Source of the DNA: the human T2T-CHM13v2.0 reference genome, Homo sapiens
DNA: 64,000 bases
Reading direction: 5' to 3' (one strand)
NCBI RefSeq assembly: GCF_009914755.1
Contig: NC_060937.1
The translations under genes and the position numbers were made by a program. Each line of letters opens with the position of its first letter. The stretch's first letter is position 1. Shown in pieces: positions 1 to 15,400 of this stretch. Below the pieces are notes generated by a model. The model searched no databases. It saw only the letters and a program-made list of their open reading frames with translations, and had not been told where the DNA came from.

Positions 1-1599
1 TTGCATTCCATTCGTGTTGATTCCATTCCATTCCATTCCATTCCATTCCATTCCACTTGGGTTGATTTCATTCCGTTCCTTTACATTGCATTCCATTCCA
101 TTCCATTCCATTCCGTTCCATTCCATTCGTGTTGATGCCATTCCAATCCATACCATTCCATCTCTTTCCATTCCATTCCTTTCGATTCCTTTCGTGTTGA
201 TTCCATTCCATTCCATTCTACTCCATTCAAATCCATTACATTCCACTCGGGTTGAATCCATTCCTTTCCATTCCAATCCGTTCCATTCCTTTCCAATCCA
301 TTCCATTCCATTCAATTCCACATGGATTCAATCTATTCTTTCCATTCCATTCTGTTCTGTTCCATTCCAGTCCATTGCATTAGATACCATTCCATTCCAC
401 TCGGGATGAATCCGTTCAATTCCATTATATTCCGTTCAATTCCATTGCGTTCCATTCCATTCCATTCCACTCGGGTGGATTCCATTCCATTCCATTCCAC
501 TCCATTCCATTCCACTCCACTCCGATTGATTCCATTCCATTCCATTCCATTCCATTCCATTCCATTCCATTCCATTCCATTCCATTCCATTCCATTCCAT
601 TCCATTCCATTCCCCTCGGGTTGATTCCATTCCATTCCATTCCATTTTATTCCATTCCATTCCATTCCATTCCATTCCATACCTTTCCACTCGGGTTGAT
701 TCCATACCATTCCATTCCATTCCACTCGGGTTGATTCCTTTCCATTCCATTCCAATCCATTCCATTCCACTCCATTCCATTCAATTCCATTACACTCCAT
801 TCCAATCTATTCCATTCCACTCGGGTTGATTCCATTCCAATCCATTCCATTCCATTCCATTCCATTCCATTGCATTCCATTCCATTCCATTGCATTCCAT
901 TCCATTCCATTCCACTCTTGTTGATTCCCTTCCATTCCATTCCATTCCATTCCACTTGGGTTGATTCCATTCCTTTCCTTTTCATTTCATTCCATACCAT
1001 TCCATTCCATTCCATTCCATTCCGTTCCATTCCATTTGTGTTGATTCCATTCCATTCCATTCCATTCCACTCCATTCCAATCCATTACATTCCACTCGGA
1101 TTGAATCCATTCCTTTCCATTCCAATCCATTCCATTCCTTTCCAATCCATTCCATTCCATTCAATTCCACTTGGATTCAATCATCTATTCTTTCCATTCC
1201 ATTCCATTCTGTTCCACTCCATTCCATTGCATTAGATACCATTCCATTCCACTAGGGATGATTCCATTCAATTCCATTATATTGCGTTCAATTCCAATGC
1301 ATTCCATTCCATTAGATACTACTCGGGTGGATTGCATTCCATTCCATTCCATTCCATTCCACTCGGGTTGATTCCATTCCTTTCCATTCCATTTTATTCC
1401 ATTCCATTCCGTTCAATTCCATTCCATTCCATTCCATACCATTCCACTCGGGTTGATTCCATACCATTCCATTCCATTCCACTCGGGTTGATTCCTTTCC
1501 ATTCCTTTCCAATCCATTCCATTCCATTCCATTCCACTCCATTCCATACAATTCCATTACACTCCATTCCAATCCATTCCATTCCACTCGGGTTGATTC

Positions 1600-2219
1600 C
1601 ATTCCATTCCATTCCACTCCACTCGGGTTGATTCCATTCCATTCCATTCCATTCCCTTCCCTTCCATTCTATTCCATTCCATTGCATTCCATTCCATTCC
1701 ATTGCATTCCATTCCATTCCATTGCATTCCATTCCATTCCATTCCACTCTTGTTGATTCCCTTCCATTCCATTCCATTCCATTCCACTTGGGTTGATTCC
1801 ATTCCTTTCCTTTTCATTTCATTCCATACCATTCCATTCCATTCCAATCCGTTCCATTCCTTTTGTGTTGATTCCATTCCATTCCATTCCACTGCATTCC
1901 AATCCATTCCATTCCACTCGGGTTGATTCCATTCCATTCCATTCCACTCCACTCGGGTTGAATCCTTTCCAATCCATTCCATTCCCTTCCATTCCATTCC
2001 ATTCCATTCCATTGCATTCCATTCCATTCCATTGCATTCCATTCCATTCCATTCCACTCTTGTTGATTCCCTTCCATTCCATTGCATTCCATTCCACTTG
2101 CGTTGATTCCATTCCTTTCCTTTTCATTTCATTCCATACCATTCCATTCCATTCCAATCCGTTCCATTCCTTTTGTGTTGATTCCATTCCATTCCATTCC
2201 ACTCCATTCCAATCCATTA
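1600..2219 (+). repeat. ~310-bp tandem duplication
   Basis: CTCTTGTTGATTCCCTTCC (1747/2057), ATTCCTTTCCTTTTCATTTC (1801/2111) and TTTTGTGTTG (1861/2171) all recur at offset 310. Ends are approximate. Confidence 0.8.
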
Positions 2220-4640
2220 CATTCCACTCGGATTAAATCCAATCCTTTCCATTCCAATCCATTCCATTCCTTTCCAATCCATTCCATTTCATTCAATTCC
2301 ACTTGGATTCAATCATCTATTCTTTCCATTCCATTCCATTCTGTTCCATTCCATTCCATTGCATTAGATACCATTCCATTCCACTAGGGATGATTCCATT
2401 CAATTCCATTATATTGCGTTCAATTCCAATGCATTCCATTCCATTAGATTCTTCTCGGGTGGATTGCATTCCATTCCATTCCATTCCATTCCACTCGGTT
2501 TGATTCCATTCCGTTCCTTTCCATTTCATTTCATTCCATTCCATTCCATTCCACTCCATTAAATTCCACTCCACTCCGGTTAATTCCATTCCACTTCATT
2601 CCATTCCATTTCACTCGAGTTGTTTCCATTCCATTCCATTCCATTCCACTCTTGTTGATTCCTTTCCATTCCATTCCAATCCATTCCATTCCATTCAATT
2701 CCACTCCATTCCATTCAATTCCATTACACTCCATTCCAATCCATTCCATTCCATTAGATTCTGCTCGGGTGGATTGCATTCCATTCCATTCCATTCCATT
2801 CCACTCGGGTTGATTCCATTCCGTTCCTTTCCATTTCATTTCATTCCATTCCATTCCATTCCACTCCATTAAATTCCACTCCACTCCGGTTTATTCCATT
2901 CCACTTCATTCCATTCCATTTCACTCGAGTTGATTCCATTCCATTCCATTCCATTTTATTCCATTCCATTCCGTTCCATTCCTTTCCATTCCATACCATT
3001 CCACTCGGGTTGATTCCATACCATTCCATTGCATTCCATTCCATGAAATTCCGTTCCATTCCACTCCACTCGGGTTGATTCCTTTCCATTCCATTCCATT
3101 CCTTTCCATTCCATTCCAATCCATTCCATTCCACTCCACTCCACTTCATTCCATTCCACTCCACTCGGGTTGATTCAATTCCATTCCATTCCAATCCATT
3201 CCATTCCTTTCCATTCCATTCCATTCCATTCCATTCCATTCCATTCCGGTTCATTCCATTCCATTCCATTCCATTCCTTTCCATTCCATTCCATTCCATT
3301 CCAATCCATTCCATTCCTTTCCATTCCTTTGCATTCCATTCCATTCCATTCCATTCCATTGCATTCCATTGCATTCCATTCCATTCCATTCCATTCCATT
3401 CCATTCCATTGAATTCCATTCCATTCCATTCCTTTCCATTCCATTGGATTCCATTCCACTCGTGTTGATTCCATATCATTCCATTCCATTCCATTCCATT
3501 CCACTCGGGTTTATTCCATGCCATTCCATTCCATTCATTCCTTTCCATTCCATTCCATTCCACTCGGGTTGATTCCGTTCCGTTCCTTTCCATTTCATTT
3601 CATTCCATTCCATTCCATTCCACTCCATTAAATTCCTCTCCACTCCGGTTAATTCCATTCCACTTCATTCCATTCCATTTCACTCGAGTTGATTCCATTC
3701 CATTCCATTCCATTCCACTCGGGTTGATTCCTTTCCATTCCATTCCAATCCATTCCATTCCATTCCATTCCACTCCATTTAATTCAATTCCATTACACTC
3801 CATTCCAATCCATTCCATTCCACTCGGGTTGATTCCATTCCATTCCATTCCACTCCACTCGGTTTGATTCCATTCCAATCCATTCCATTCCATTCCATTC
3901 CATTCCATTCCATTCCATTGCATTCTATTCCATTCCATTCCACTCATGTTGATTCCCTTCCATTCCATTCCATTCCATTCCACTTGGGTTGATTCCATTC
4001 CTTTCCTTTTCATTTCATTCTATACCATTCCATTCCATTCCATTCTGTTCCATTCCATTTGTGTTGATTCCATTCCACTCCATTCCACTCCATTCCAATC
4101 CATTACATTCCACTCGGATTAAATCCAATCCTTTCCATTCCAATCCATTCCATTCCTTTCCAATCCATTCCATTTCATTCAATTCCACTTGGATTCAATC
4201 ATCTATTCTTTCCATTCCATTCCATTCTGTTCCATTCCATTCCATTGCATTAGATACCATTCCATTCCACTAGGGATGATTCCATTCAATTCCATTATAT
4301 TGCGTTCAATTCCAATGCATTCCATTCCATTAGATTCTTCTCGGGTGGATTGCATTCCATTCCATTCCATTCCATTCCACTCGGGTTGATTCCATTCCGT
4401 TCCTTTCCATTTCATTTCATTCCATTCCATTCCATTCCACTCCATTAAATTCCACTCCACTCCGGTTAATTCCATTCCACTTCATTCCATTCCATTTCAC
4501 TCGAGTTGTTTCCATTCCATTCCCTTCCATTCCACTCTGGTTGATTCCTTTCCATTCCATTCCAATCCATTCCATTCCATTCCATTCCACTCCATTCCAT
4601 TCAATTCCATTACACTCCATTCCAATCCATTCCATTCCAT
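2100..4640 (+). repeat. Near-identical ~650-bp segments at ~2100-2750 and ~3986-4640 (offset 1886)
   Basis: Both carry GGATTAAATCCAATCC, TTGGATTCAATCATCTATT, CTAGGGATG, ATATTGCGTT and AGATTCTTCTCGGGTGG. ORFs at 2303 and 4189 are almost identical. Confidence 0.85.
2441..2935 (+). repeat. Second 310-bp-offset duplication
   Basis: CCATTAGATTCT(T/G)CTCGGGTGGATTGC at 2441/2751 and TCACTCGAGTTG at 2611/2921. A further partial copy lies at ~3560-3700. Confidence 0.8.
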
Positions 4641-7400
4641 TCCATTCTCCTCGGGTTTTTTCCATTCCATTCCTTTCCATGTCATTCTATTCCATTCCAT
4701 TCCATTCCATTCTAATCCATTCCATTCCACTCCATTCCATTCCACTCCACTCCGGTTAATTCCATTCCATTCCATTCCATTCCATTCCATTCCATTCCAC
4801 TCGTGTTGATTGCATTCAAATACATTTTACTCCATTCCATTCCGTTCCATTCCATTCCATTCCATGCCATTCCACTCGGGTTGATTCCATACCATTCCAT
4901 TCCATTCCACTCGAGTTGATTCCATTCCATTCCATTCCATTCCATTCCATTCCATTCCACTCCATTCCATTCCATTCCATTCCATTCCACTCCATTCCAT
5001 TCCATTCCATTCCTCTCCTTTCCATTCCATTCCATTCCACTCGGGTTGATTCCATTCCATTCCATTCCACTCCACTCCACTCCAATGCATTCCATTCCAC
5101 TCGGGTTGATTCCATTCCATTCCATTCCAATCCATTCCATTCCATTTCATTCAATTCCATTGTATTCCATTCCACTCGGGTTGTTTCCATTCCATTCCAG
5201 TAATTTCCATTCCATTCCATTCCATTCCATTCCATTCCATTCCATTCCATTCCATTTGACTCAGGTTGATTCTGTTCCATTCCATTCCATTCCATTCCAT
5301 TCCATTCCAGTTGATTCCATTGCATTCCATTCCGTTCCATTCCATTCCATTCCGTTCCACTCAGGTTGATTCCTTTCCATTCCATTCCATTTTATTTCAC
5401 TCCACTCGGTTTGATTCCATTCCATTCCATTCCATTCCATTCCATTCCATTCCATTCCATTCGTGTTGATTCCATTGCATTCCATTCCATTCCATTCCAT
5501 TCCACTTGGGTTGATTCCATTCCGTTCCTTTCCATTGCATTCCATTGCATTCCATTCCATTCCATTCCATTCCATTCCAATCCATAACATTCCATTCCGT
5601 TCCATTCCATTCGTGTTGATGCCATTCCAATCCATACCTTTCCATTCCTTTCCATTCCATTCCTTTCGATTCCTTTCGTGTTGATTCCATTCCATTCCAT
5701 TCCACTCCATTCAAATCCATTACATTCCACTCGGGTTGAATCCATTCCTTTCCATTCCAATCCGTTCCATTCCTTTCCAATCCATTGCATTCCTTTCAAT
5801 TCCACATGGATTCAATCAATTCTTTCCATTCCATTCCGTTCTGTTCCTTTCCAGTCCATTGCATTAGATACCATTCCATTCCACTCGGGATGAATCCGTT
5901 CAATTCCATTATATTCCGTTCAATTCCATTGCATTCCATTCCATTCCATTCGGGTTGATTCTATTCCATTCCATTCCATTCCATTCCATTCCACTCCATT
6001 ACATTACATTCAGTTCCACCCGGATTGATTCCATTCCATTCCATTCCAGTTGATTCCATTGGATTCGATTCTGTTCCATTCCATTCCATTCCATTCCATT
6101 CCATTCCATTCGATTCCATTAAATTCCCCACGGGTTTCTTCCATTCCATTCCTTTCCATGTCATTCTATTCCATTCCATTCCATTCCATTCTAATCCATT
6201 CCATTCCACTCCATTCCATTCCACTCCACTCCAGTTGATTCCATTCCATTCCATTCCATTCCAATCCATTCCATTCCACTCGGGTTGATTCCATTCCAAT
6301 CCATTTTACTCCATTCCATTCCGTTCCATTACATTCCATTCCATATCATTCCACTCGGGTTGATTCCATACCATTCCATTCCATTCCACTCGAGTTGATT
6401 CCATTCCATTCCATTCCATTCCATTCCATTCCACTCCATTCCATTCCATTCCATTCCATTCCACTCTTTCCATTCCATTCCATTCCACTTGGGTTGATTC
6501 CATTCCATTCCATTCCACTCCACTCCACTCCATTGCATTCTATTCCACTCGGGTTGATTCCATTCCATTACATTCCAATCCATTCCATTCCATTTCATTC
6601 AATTCCATTGTATTCCATTCCACTCGGGTTGTTTCCATTCCATTCCAGTAATTTCCATTCCATTCCATTCCATTCCATTTGACACAGGTTGATTCTGTTC
6701 CATTCCATTCCATTCCATTCCATTCCATTCCAGTTGATTCCATTTCATTCCATTCCATTCCATTCCATTCCATTCCATTCCGTTCCACTCAGGTTGATTC
6801 CTTTCCATTCCATTCCATTTTATTTCACTCCACTCGGTTTGATTCCATTCCATTCCATTCCATTCCATTCCATTCCATTCCATTCCATTCCATTGCATTC
6901 CATTCGTGTTGATTCCATTGCACTCCATTCCATTCCATTCCATTCCACTTGGGTTGATTCCATTCCGTTCCTTTCTATTACATTCCATTCCGTTCCATTC
7001 CATTCCATTCCAATCCATTCCATTCCATTCCATTCCATTCCATTCGTGTTGATGCCATTCCAATCCATACCATTCCATTCCTTTCCATTCCATTCCTTTC
7101 GATTCCTTTCGTGTTGATTCCATTCCATTCCATTCCACTCCATTCAAATCCATTACATTCCACTCGGGTTAAATCCATTCCTTTCCATTCCAATCCGTTC
7201 CATTCCTTTCCAATCTATTCCATTCCATTCAATTCCACATGGATTCAATCTATTCTTTCCATTCCATTCCGTTCTGTTCCATTCCAGTCCATTGCATTAG
7301 ATACCCTTCCATTCCACTCAGGATGAATCCGTTCAATTCCATTATATTCCGTTCAATTCCATTGCATTCCATTCCATTCCATTCCACTCGGGTGGATTCC
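4640..7400 (+). repeat. ~1.45-kb tandem dimer
   Basis: CCATGTCATTCTAT (G at 4681/6160), CCAGTAATTTCC, TTTATTTCACTCC, CCTTTCGATTCCTTTCGTG and GATGAATCCGTTC are shared in the same order. Offset shrinks from 1479 to 1433. The tail also matches 130-480. Confidence 0.8.
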
Positions 7401-8402
7401 ATTCCATTCCATTCCATTCCATTCCATTCCATTCCATTCCATTCCATTCCACTCCATTAAATTCCACTGTACTCCGGTTGATTCCATTCCATTTCATTCC
7501 ATTCCATTTCACTCGAGTTGATTCCATTCCCTTCCACTCCATTTTATTCCATTCCATTCCATTGCATTCCTTTCCATTCCATACCACTCCAGTCGCGTTG
7601 ATTCCATTCCATTCCATTCCATTCCATTCCATGATATTCCATTCCATTCCACTCCACTCGGGTTGATTCCTATCCATTCCATTCCATTCCAATCCTTTCC
7701 ATTCCATTCCATTCCATTCCTTTCCATTCCATTCCATTCCATTCCACTCCACTCCATTCCATTCCATTCCACTCGGTTTGATTCCATTCAATTCCTTTCT
7801 AATCCATTCCATTCCATTCCATTCCATTCCATTCCATTCCATTCCATTCCAGTCCATTCCATTCCATTCCCCTCGGTTTGATTCCATACCATTCCATTCC
7901 ATTCCATTCCGTGAAATTCCATTCCATTCCACTCCACTCGGGTTGATTCCTTTCCATTCCATTCCATTCCATTCCTTTCCATTCCATTCCATTCCATTCC
8001 ATCCCTTTCCATTCCGTTCCATTCCATTCCACTCCACTCCATTCCATTCCATTCCACTGAGGTTGATTCCATTCCATTCCATTCCAATCCATTCCATTCC
8101 ATTCCATTCCATTGCATTCCATTCCATTCCACTCTGGTTGCTTCAATTCAATTCCTTTCCATTTCACTCCATTCCATTAAATTCAATTCCATTCCATTCC
8201 ATTCCATTCCATTCCAATCCTTTCCATTCCACTCCACTCCGGTTGATTCCATTGCATTCCATTCCATTCCATTCCATTCCATTCCATTCCATTCCATTCC
8301 ATTCCATTCCATTCCATTCCACTCGGGTTGATTCCATTCCATTCCATTCCATTTTATTCCATTCCATTCCGTTCCATTCCATTCCATTCCATACCATTCC
8401 CC

Positions 8403-8532
8403 TTGTGTTGATTCCATACGAATCCATTCCATTCCACTCTGGTTGATTCCATTCCATTCCATTCAATTTGTGTTGATTCCATACGAATCCATTCCATTCC
8501 ACTCTGGTTGATTCCATTCCATTCCATTCCAT
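8403..8532 (+). repeat. 65-bp tandem duplication
   Basis: TTGTGTTGATTCCATACGAATCC...ACTCTGGTTG occurs twice. The rare ATACGAAT is at 8416 and 8481. Confidence 0.85.
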
Positions 8533-9190
8533 TTGTGTTGATTCCATTCCATTCCATTCCATTCCATTCCACTCCATTCCGATCCATTTCATTCCACTCG
8601 GGTTGAATCCTTTCCATTCCATTCCAATGCATTCCCTTCCATTCAATTCCACTCGCATTCAATCAATTCCATTCTATTCCATTCCGTTCTGTTCCACTCC
8701 ATTCCATTGCATTCCATACCATTCCATTCCACTGGGGTTGATTCCATTGAATTCCATCCCATTCCATTCCATTCCATTCTATTGCATTCCATTCCATTCC
8801 ATTCCACTCGTGTTGATTCCCTTACATTCCATTCCATTCCATTCCACTTGGGTTGTTTCCATTCCTTTCCTTTCCATTGCATTCCATTCCATTCCATTCC
8901 ATTTCATTCCATTCCGTTCCATTCCATTCGTGTTGATGCCATTCCAATCCATACCATTCCATTCCATTCCATTCATTACGTCCCATTCTTTTCATGTTGA
9001 TTCCATTCCATTCCATTCCACTCCATTCCAATCCATTACATTCCACTCGGGTTGAATCCATTCCTTTCCATTCCAATCCATTCCATTCCTTTCCAATCCA
9101 TTCCATTCCATTCAATACCACATAGATTCAATCTATTCTTTCCATTCCATTCCGTTCTGTTCCATTCCAGTCCATTGCATTAGACACCAT

Positions 9191-9330
9191 TCCATTCCAC
9201 TCGGGATGATTCCATTCAATTCCATTATTTTCCGTTCAATTCCATTGCATTCCATTCCATTCCATTCCACTCGGGATGATTCCGTTCAATTCCATTATTT
9301 TCTGTTCAATTCCATTGCATTCCATTCCAT
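9191..9330 (+). repeat. 70-bp tandem duplication
   Basis: TCGGGATGATTCC(A/G)TTCAATTCCATTATTTTC at 9201 and 9271. Both share ATTATTTT where other copies have ATTATATT. Confidence 0.85.
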
Positions 9331-10699
9331 TCCACTCCACTCCGGTTGATTCCATTCCATTCCATTCCATTCCATTCCATTCCATTCCATTCCATTCCAT
9401 TGCATTCCATTCCATTCCATTGCATTCCATTCCATTCCATTCCACTCGTGTTGATTCCCTTCCATTCCATTCCATTCCATTCCACTTGGGTTGATTCCAT
9501 TCCTTTCCTTTCCATTTCATTCCATACCATTCCATTCCATTCCATTCCATTCCATTCCGTTCCATTCTATTTGTGTTGATTCCATTCCGTTCCATTCCAC
9601 TCCATTCCTCTCCATTACATTCCACTCGGATTGAATCCATTCCTTTCCATTCAAATACATTCCACTCCTTTTCACTCCATTCCATTCCATTCAATTCCAC
9701 TTGGATTCAATCATCTATTCTTTCCATTCCATTCCGTTCTGTTCCATTCCATTCCATTGCCTTAGATACCATTCCATTCCACTAGGGATGATTCCATTCA
9801 ATTCCATTATATTCCGTTCAATTCCATTGCATTCCATTCCATTCCATTCTACTCGGGTGGATTGCATTCCATTCCATTCCATTCCATTCCACTGGGCTTG
9901 ATTCCATTCCGTTCGTTTCCATTTCATTTCATTCCATTCCATTCCATTCTATTCCATTGCACTCCATTAAATTCCACTCCACTCCGGTTGATTCCATTCG
10001 ACTTCATTCCGTTCCATTTCACTCGAGTTGATTCCATTCCATTCCATTCCATTCCCTTCCATTCCATTCCATTCCATTCCATTCATTTACATTACACTCC
10101 GGTTGATTCCATAGCATTCCATTCCATTCCTTTCTATTCCATTCCATCCCATTCGGGTTGATTCCATTCTATTCTGTTCCATTCCATTTCATTCCATTCC
10201 ATTCCATTCCGTTCCATTCCATTCGGGTTGATTCTATTCCATTCCATTCCATTCCATTCCACTCCATTCCATTCCATTCCACTCCTTTACATTACATTCA
10301 ATTCCACCCGGATTGATTCCATTCCATTCCATTCTAGTTGATTCCATTGGATTTGATTCTGTTCCATTCCGTTCCATTCCATTCCATTCCATTGCACTCG
10401 TGTTGATTCCATTCCGTTCTTTTCCATTCCATTCCTTTCCATTCCATTCCATTCGTGTTGATTCCATTCCATTAGACTCCAATCCATTCCATTCCATTCC
10501 AATCCATTCCATTCCATTCAATTCCACTCGCATTCAATCTATTCCATTCCATTTCATTCCGTTCTGTTCCATTCCATTCTATTGCTTTCCATACCATTCC
10601 ATTCCACTCGGGATGATTCCATTCCATTCCATTGCATTCCATTCGTGTTGATTCCATTGCATTCCTTTCCATTCCTCTCCATTCCATTCCATTTTATTC

Positions 10700-13600
10700 C
10701 ATTCCAGTTGATTCCATTCCTTTCCATTCCATTCTATTCCATTCCATTCCGTTCCATTCTACTCGGGTTGATTCCCTTCCATTCCATTTCATTCCATTCG
10801 ATTTCATTCCACTGGTGTTTAATCCATTCCACTCCATTCCCATTCCATTCCATTCGGGTTTATTCCATTTCATTCCATGCCATTCCATTCCATTACATTC
10901 CATTCCTTTCCATTCTATTCCATTCCATTCCATTCCATTTGTGTTGATTCCATTCCATTCCATTCCATTCCATTCCACTCCATTCCGATCCATTACATTC
11001 CACTCGGGTTGAATCCTTTCCATTCCATTCCAATGCATTCCCTTCCGTTCAATTCCACTCGGATTCAATCAATTCCATTCTATTGCATTCTGTTCTGTTT
11101 CACTCCATTCCATTGCATTCCATACCATTCCATTCTACTCAGGTTGATTCCATTGAATTCCATCCCATTCCATTCCATTCCATTCTGTTGCATTCCATTC
11201 CATTCCATACCATTCCACTCGGGTTCATTCCATACCATTCCATTCCATTCCATTCCATTCCACTCCATTCGGGTCGATTCCATTCCCATCCATTCCATTG
11301 TATTCCATTCAACTCCATTGCATTCCACTCCATTCCATTACATTCCATTCCACTCTGGTTGATTCCATTCCATTCCATTCCAATCGATTCCATTCCATTG
11401 CTTTCCACGGCATTCCATTACATTCCATGCCACTCGGATTGATGCCATTCCATTCCATTCCAATCCATTCCATTCCATTCCATTCCATTCCATTCCATTG
11501 TATTCAATTCTAGTCGGGTTGCTTCCATTCCATTCCAGTAATTTCCATTCCATTCCATTCCATTCCATTCCATTCCATTCCATTCCATTTGACTCAGGTT
11601 GATTCCGTTCCATTCCATTCCATTCCATTTCATTCCAGTTGATTCCATTGCATTCCATTCCTTTCCATTCCATTCCATTCCGTTCCATTCCACTCTGGTT
11701 GATTCCATTCCATTCCATTCCATTCCATTCCATTCCATTCCATTCCGTTCCACTCAGGTTGATTCCTTTCCATTCCATTCCATTTTATTCCACTCCACTC
11801 GGGTTGATTCCATTCCATTCCATTCCATTCCATTCCATTCCATTCCATTGCATTCCATTCGTGTTGATTCCATTGCATTCCATTCCATTCCTCTCCATTC
11901 AATTCCATTTCATTCCATTCCAGTTGATTCCATTCCTTTCCATTCCATTCCATTCCGTTCCATTCTACTCGGGTTGATTCCATTCCATTCCATTTCCTTC
12001 CATTCGGTTTCATTCCACTGGTGTTTATTCCATTCCACTCCATTCCATTCCATTCCATTCGGGTTTATTCCATTTCATTCCATGCCATTCCATTCCATTA
12101 CATTCCATTCCTTTCCATTCTATTCCATTGCATTCCATTTCATTTGTGTTGATTCCATTCCATTCCATTCCATTCCATTCCACTCCATTCCAATCCATTA
12201 CATTCCACTCGGGTTAAATCCTTTCCATTCCATTCCAATGCATTCCCTTCCATTCAATTCCACTCGGATTCAATCAATTCCATTCTATTGCATTCCATTC
12301 TGTTCCACTCCATTCCATTGCATTCCATACCATTCCCTTCCACTCGGGTTGATTCCATTGAATTCCATCCCATTCCATTTCATTCCATTCTATTGCATTC
12401 CATTCCATTCCATTCCACTCGTGTTGATTCCTTTCCATTCCATTCCATTCCATTGCACTTGGGTTGATTCCATTCCGTTCCTTTCCATTGCATTCCATTC
12501 CATTCCATTCCATTCCTTTCCATTCCATTCGTGTTGATGCCATTCCAATCCTTACCATTCCATTCCATTGCATTCCATTCCGTTCCATTCCTTTCGTGTT
12601 GATTACATTCCATTCCATTCCACTCCATTCCAATCCATTACATTCCACTCGGGTTGAATCCATTCCTTTCCATTCCAATCCATTCCATTCCTTTCCAATC
12701 CATTCCATTCCATTCAATTCCACATGGATTCAATCTATTCTTTCCATTCCATTGCGTTCTGTTCCATTCCAGTCCATTGCATTAGATACCATTCCATTCC
12801 ACTCGGGATGATACCATTCAATTCCATTATATTCCGTTCAACTCCATTGCATTCCATTCCTTTCCATTCCACTCGGGTGGGTTCCATTCCATTCCATTCC
12901 ATTCCATTAAATTCCACTCTGGTTGATTCCATTCCGTTCTTTTCCATTCCATTCCATTCCATTCCATTCCATTCCAATCCATTCCATTCCACTCCACTCC
13001 GGTTGATTCCATTCCATTCCATTCCATTCCGTTCCATTCCATTCCATTCCACTCGGGTTGATTCCATTCCATTCCATTCCATTTTACTCCATTCCATTCC
13101 GTTCCATTCAATTCGATTCCATACCTTTCCACTCGGTTTGATTCCATACCATTCCATTCCATTCCACTCGGGTTGATTCCTTTCCATTCCATTCCATTCC
13201 ATTCCATTCCATTCCATTCCATTCCGTTCCATTCTACTCGGGTTGATTCCATTCCATTCCATTTCATTCCATTCGATTTCATTCCACTGGTGTTTATTCC
13301 ATTCTACACCATTCCATTCCATTCCATTCGGGTTTATTCCATTTCATTCCATTCCATTCCATTCCATTCCATTGCATTCCATTCCTTTCCATTCTCTTCC
13401 ATTCCATTCCATTCCATTTGTGTTGCTTCCATTCCATTCCATTCCATTCCATTCCACTGCATTCCAATCCATTACATTCCACTCGGGTTGAATCCTTTCC
13501 ATTCAATTCCAATGCACTCCCTTCCATTCAATTCCACTCGGATTCAATCAATTCCATTCTATTCCATTCCGTTCTCTTTCACTCCATTCCAGTGCATTCC

Positions 13601-15400
13601 ATACCATTCCATTCCACTCGGGTTGATTCTATTGAATTCCCTCCCATTCCATTCCATTCCATTCTATTGCATTCCATTCCATTCCATACCATTCCACTCG
13701 GATTCCTTCCATACCATTCCATTCCATTCCATTGCATTCCATTCCATTCGGGTCGATTCCAATCCCATCCATTCCATTGCATTGCATTCAATTCCATTGC
13801 ATTCCACTCCATTCCATTACATTCCATTCCACTCTGCTTGATTCCATTCCATTCCATTCCAATCGATTCCATTCCATTGCTTTCCAAGCCTTTCCATTAC
13901 ATTCCATTCCACTCGGATTGATGCCATTCCATTCCATTCCAATCCATTCCATTCCATTTCATTCCATTCCATTGTATTCAATTCAACTCGGGTTGCTTCC
14001 ATTCCATTCCAGTAATTTCCATTCCATTCCATTCCCTTCCATTCCATTCCATTCCATTCCATTCCCTTCCATTCCATTTGACTCAGGTTGATTCCGTTCC
14101 ATTCCATTCCATTCCATTTCATTCCAGTTGATTCCATTGCATTCCATTCGTTTCCATTCCATTCCATTCCTTTCCATTCCACTCTGGTTGATTCCATTCC
14201 ATTCCATTCCATTCCATTCCATTCCATTCCATTCCATACCATTCCACTCAGGTTGATTCCTTTCCATTCCATTCCATTTTATTCCACTCCACTCGGGTTG
14301 ATTCCATTCCATTCCATTCCATTCCATTCCATTGGATTCCATTCGTGCTGATTCCATTGCATTCCATTCCATTCCACTCCATTCAATTCCATTTCATTCC
14401 ATTCCAGTTGATTCCATTCCTTTCCATTCCATTCCATTCCATTCCATTCCATTCCATTCTACTCGGGTTGATACCATTCCACTCCAGTTCATTCCATTCG
14501 ATTTCATTCCACTGGTGTTTATTCCATTCCACTCTATTCCATTCCATTCCATTCGGGTGTATTCCATTTCATTCCATTCCATTCCATTCCATTGCATTCC
14601 ATTCCTTTCCATTCTATTCCATTCCATTCCATTCCATTTGTGTTGCTTCCATTCCATTCCATTCCATTCCATTCCATTCCTCTCCATTCCGATCCATTAC
14701 ATTCCACTCGGGTTGAATCCTTTCCATTCCATTCCAATGCATTCCCTTGCATTCAATTCCACTCGGATTCAATCAATTCCATTCTATTCCATTCCATTCT
14801 GTTCCACTCCATTCCATTGCATTCCATAACATTCCATTCCACTCGGGTTGATTCCATTGAATTCCATCCCATTCCATTTCATTCCATTCTATTTCATTCC
14901 ATTCCATTCCATTCCACTCGTGTTGATTCCCTTCCATTCCATTCCATTCCATTCCACTTGGGTTGATTCCATTCCGTTCCTTTCCATTGCATTCCATTCC
15001 ATTCCATTCCATTCCATTCCATTCCATTCCATTTCTTTCCATTCCATTCGTGTTGATGCCATTCCAATCCTTACCACTCCATTCCATTGCATTCCATTCC
15101 GTTCCATTCCTTTCGTGTTGATTCCATTCCATTCCATTCCACTCCATTCCAATCCATTACATTCCACTCGGGTCGAATCCATTCCTTTCCAATCCAATCC
15201 ATTCCATTCCTTTCCAATCCATTCCATTCCATTCAATTCCACATGGATTCAATCTATTCTTTCCATTCCATTCCGTTCTGTTCCATTCCAGTCCATTGCA
15301 TGAGATACCATTCCATTCCACTCGGGATGATTCCATTCAATTCCTTTATATTCCGTTCAACTCCATTGCATTCCATTCCATTCCATTCCACTCGGGTGGA
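10700..15400 (+). repeat. Diverged ~2.5-kb tandem dimer carrying older copies of the A/B/C unit body
   Basis: GGGTCGATTCC (11271/13750), GGTTGCTTCC..CCAGTAATTTCC, TTTGACTCAGG, AATCCTTACC and GTTCAACTCC recur at ~2480-2519 offset. Landmarks at 12724/15243. Confidence 0.75.
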
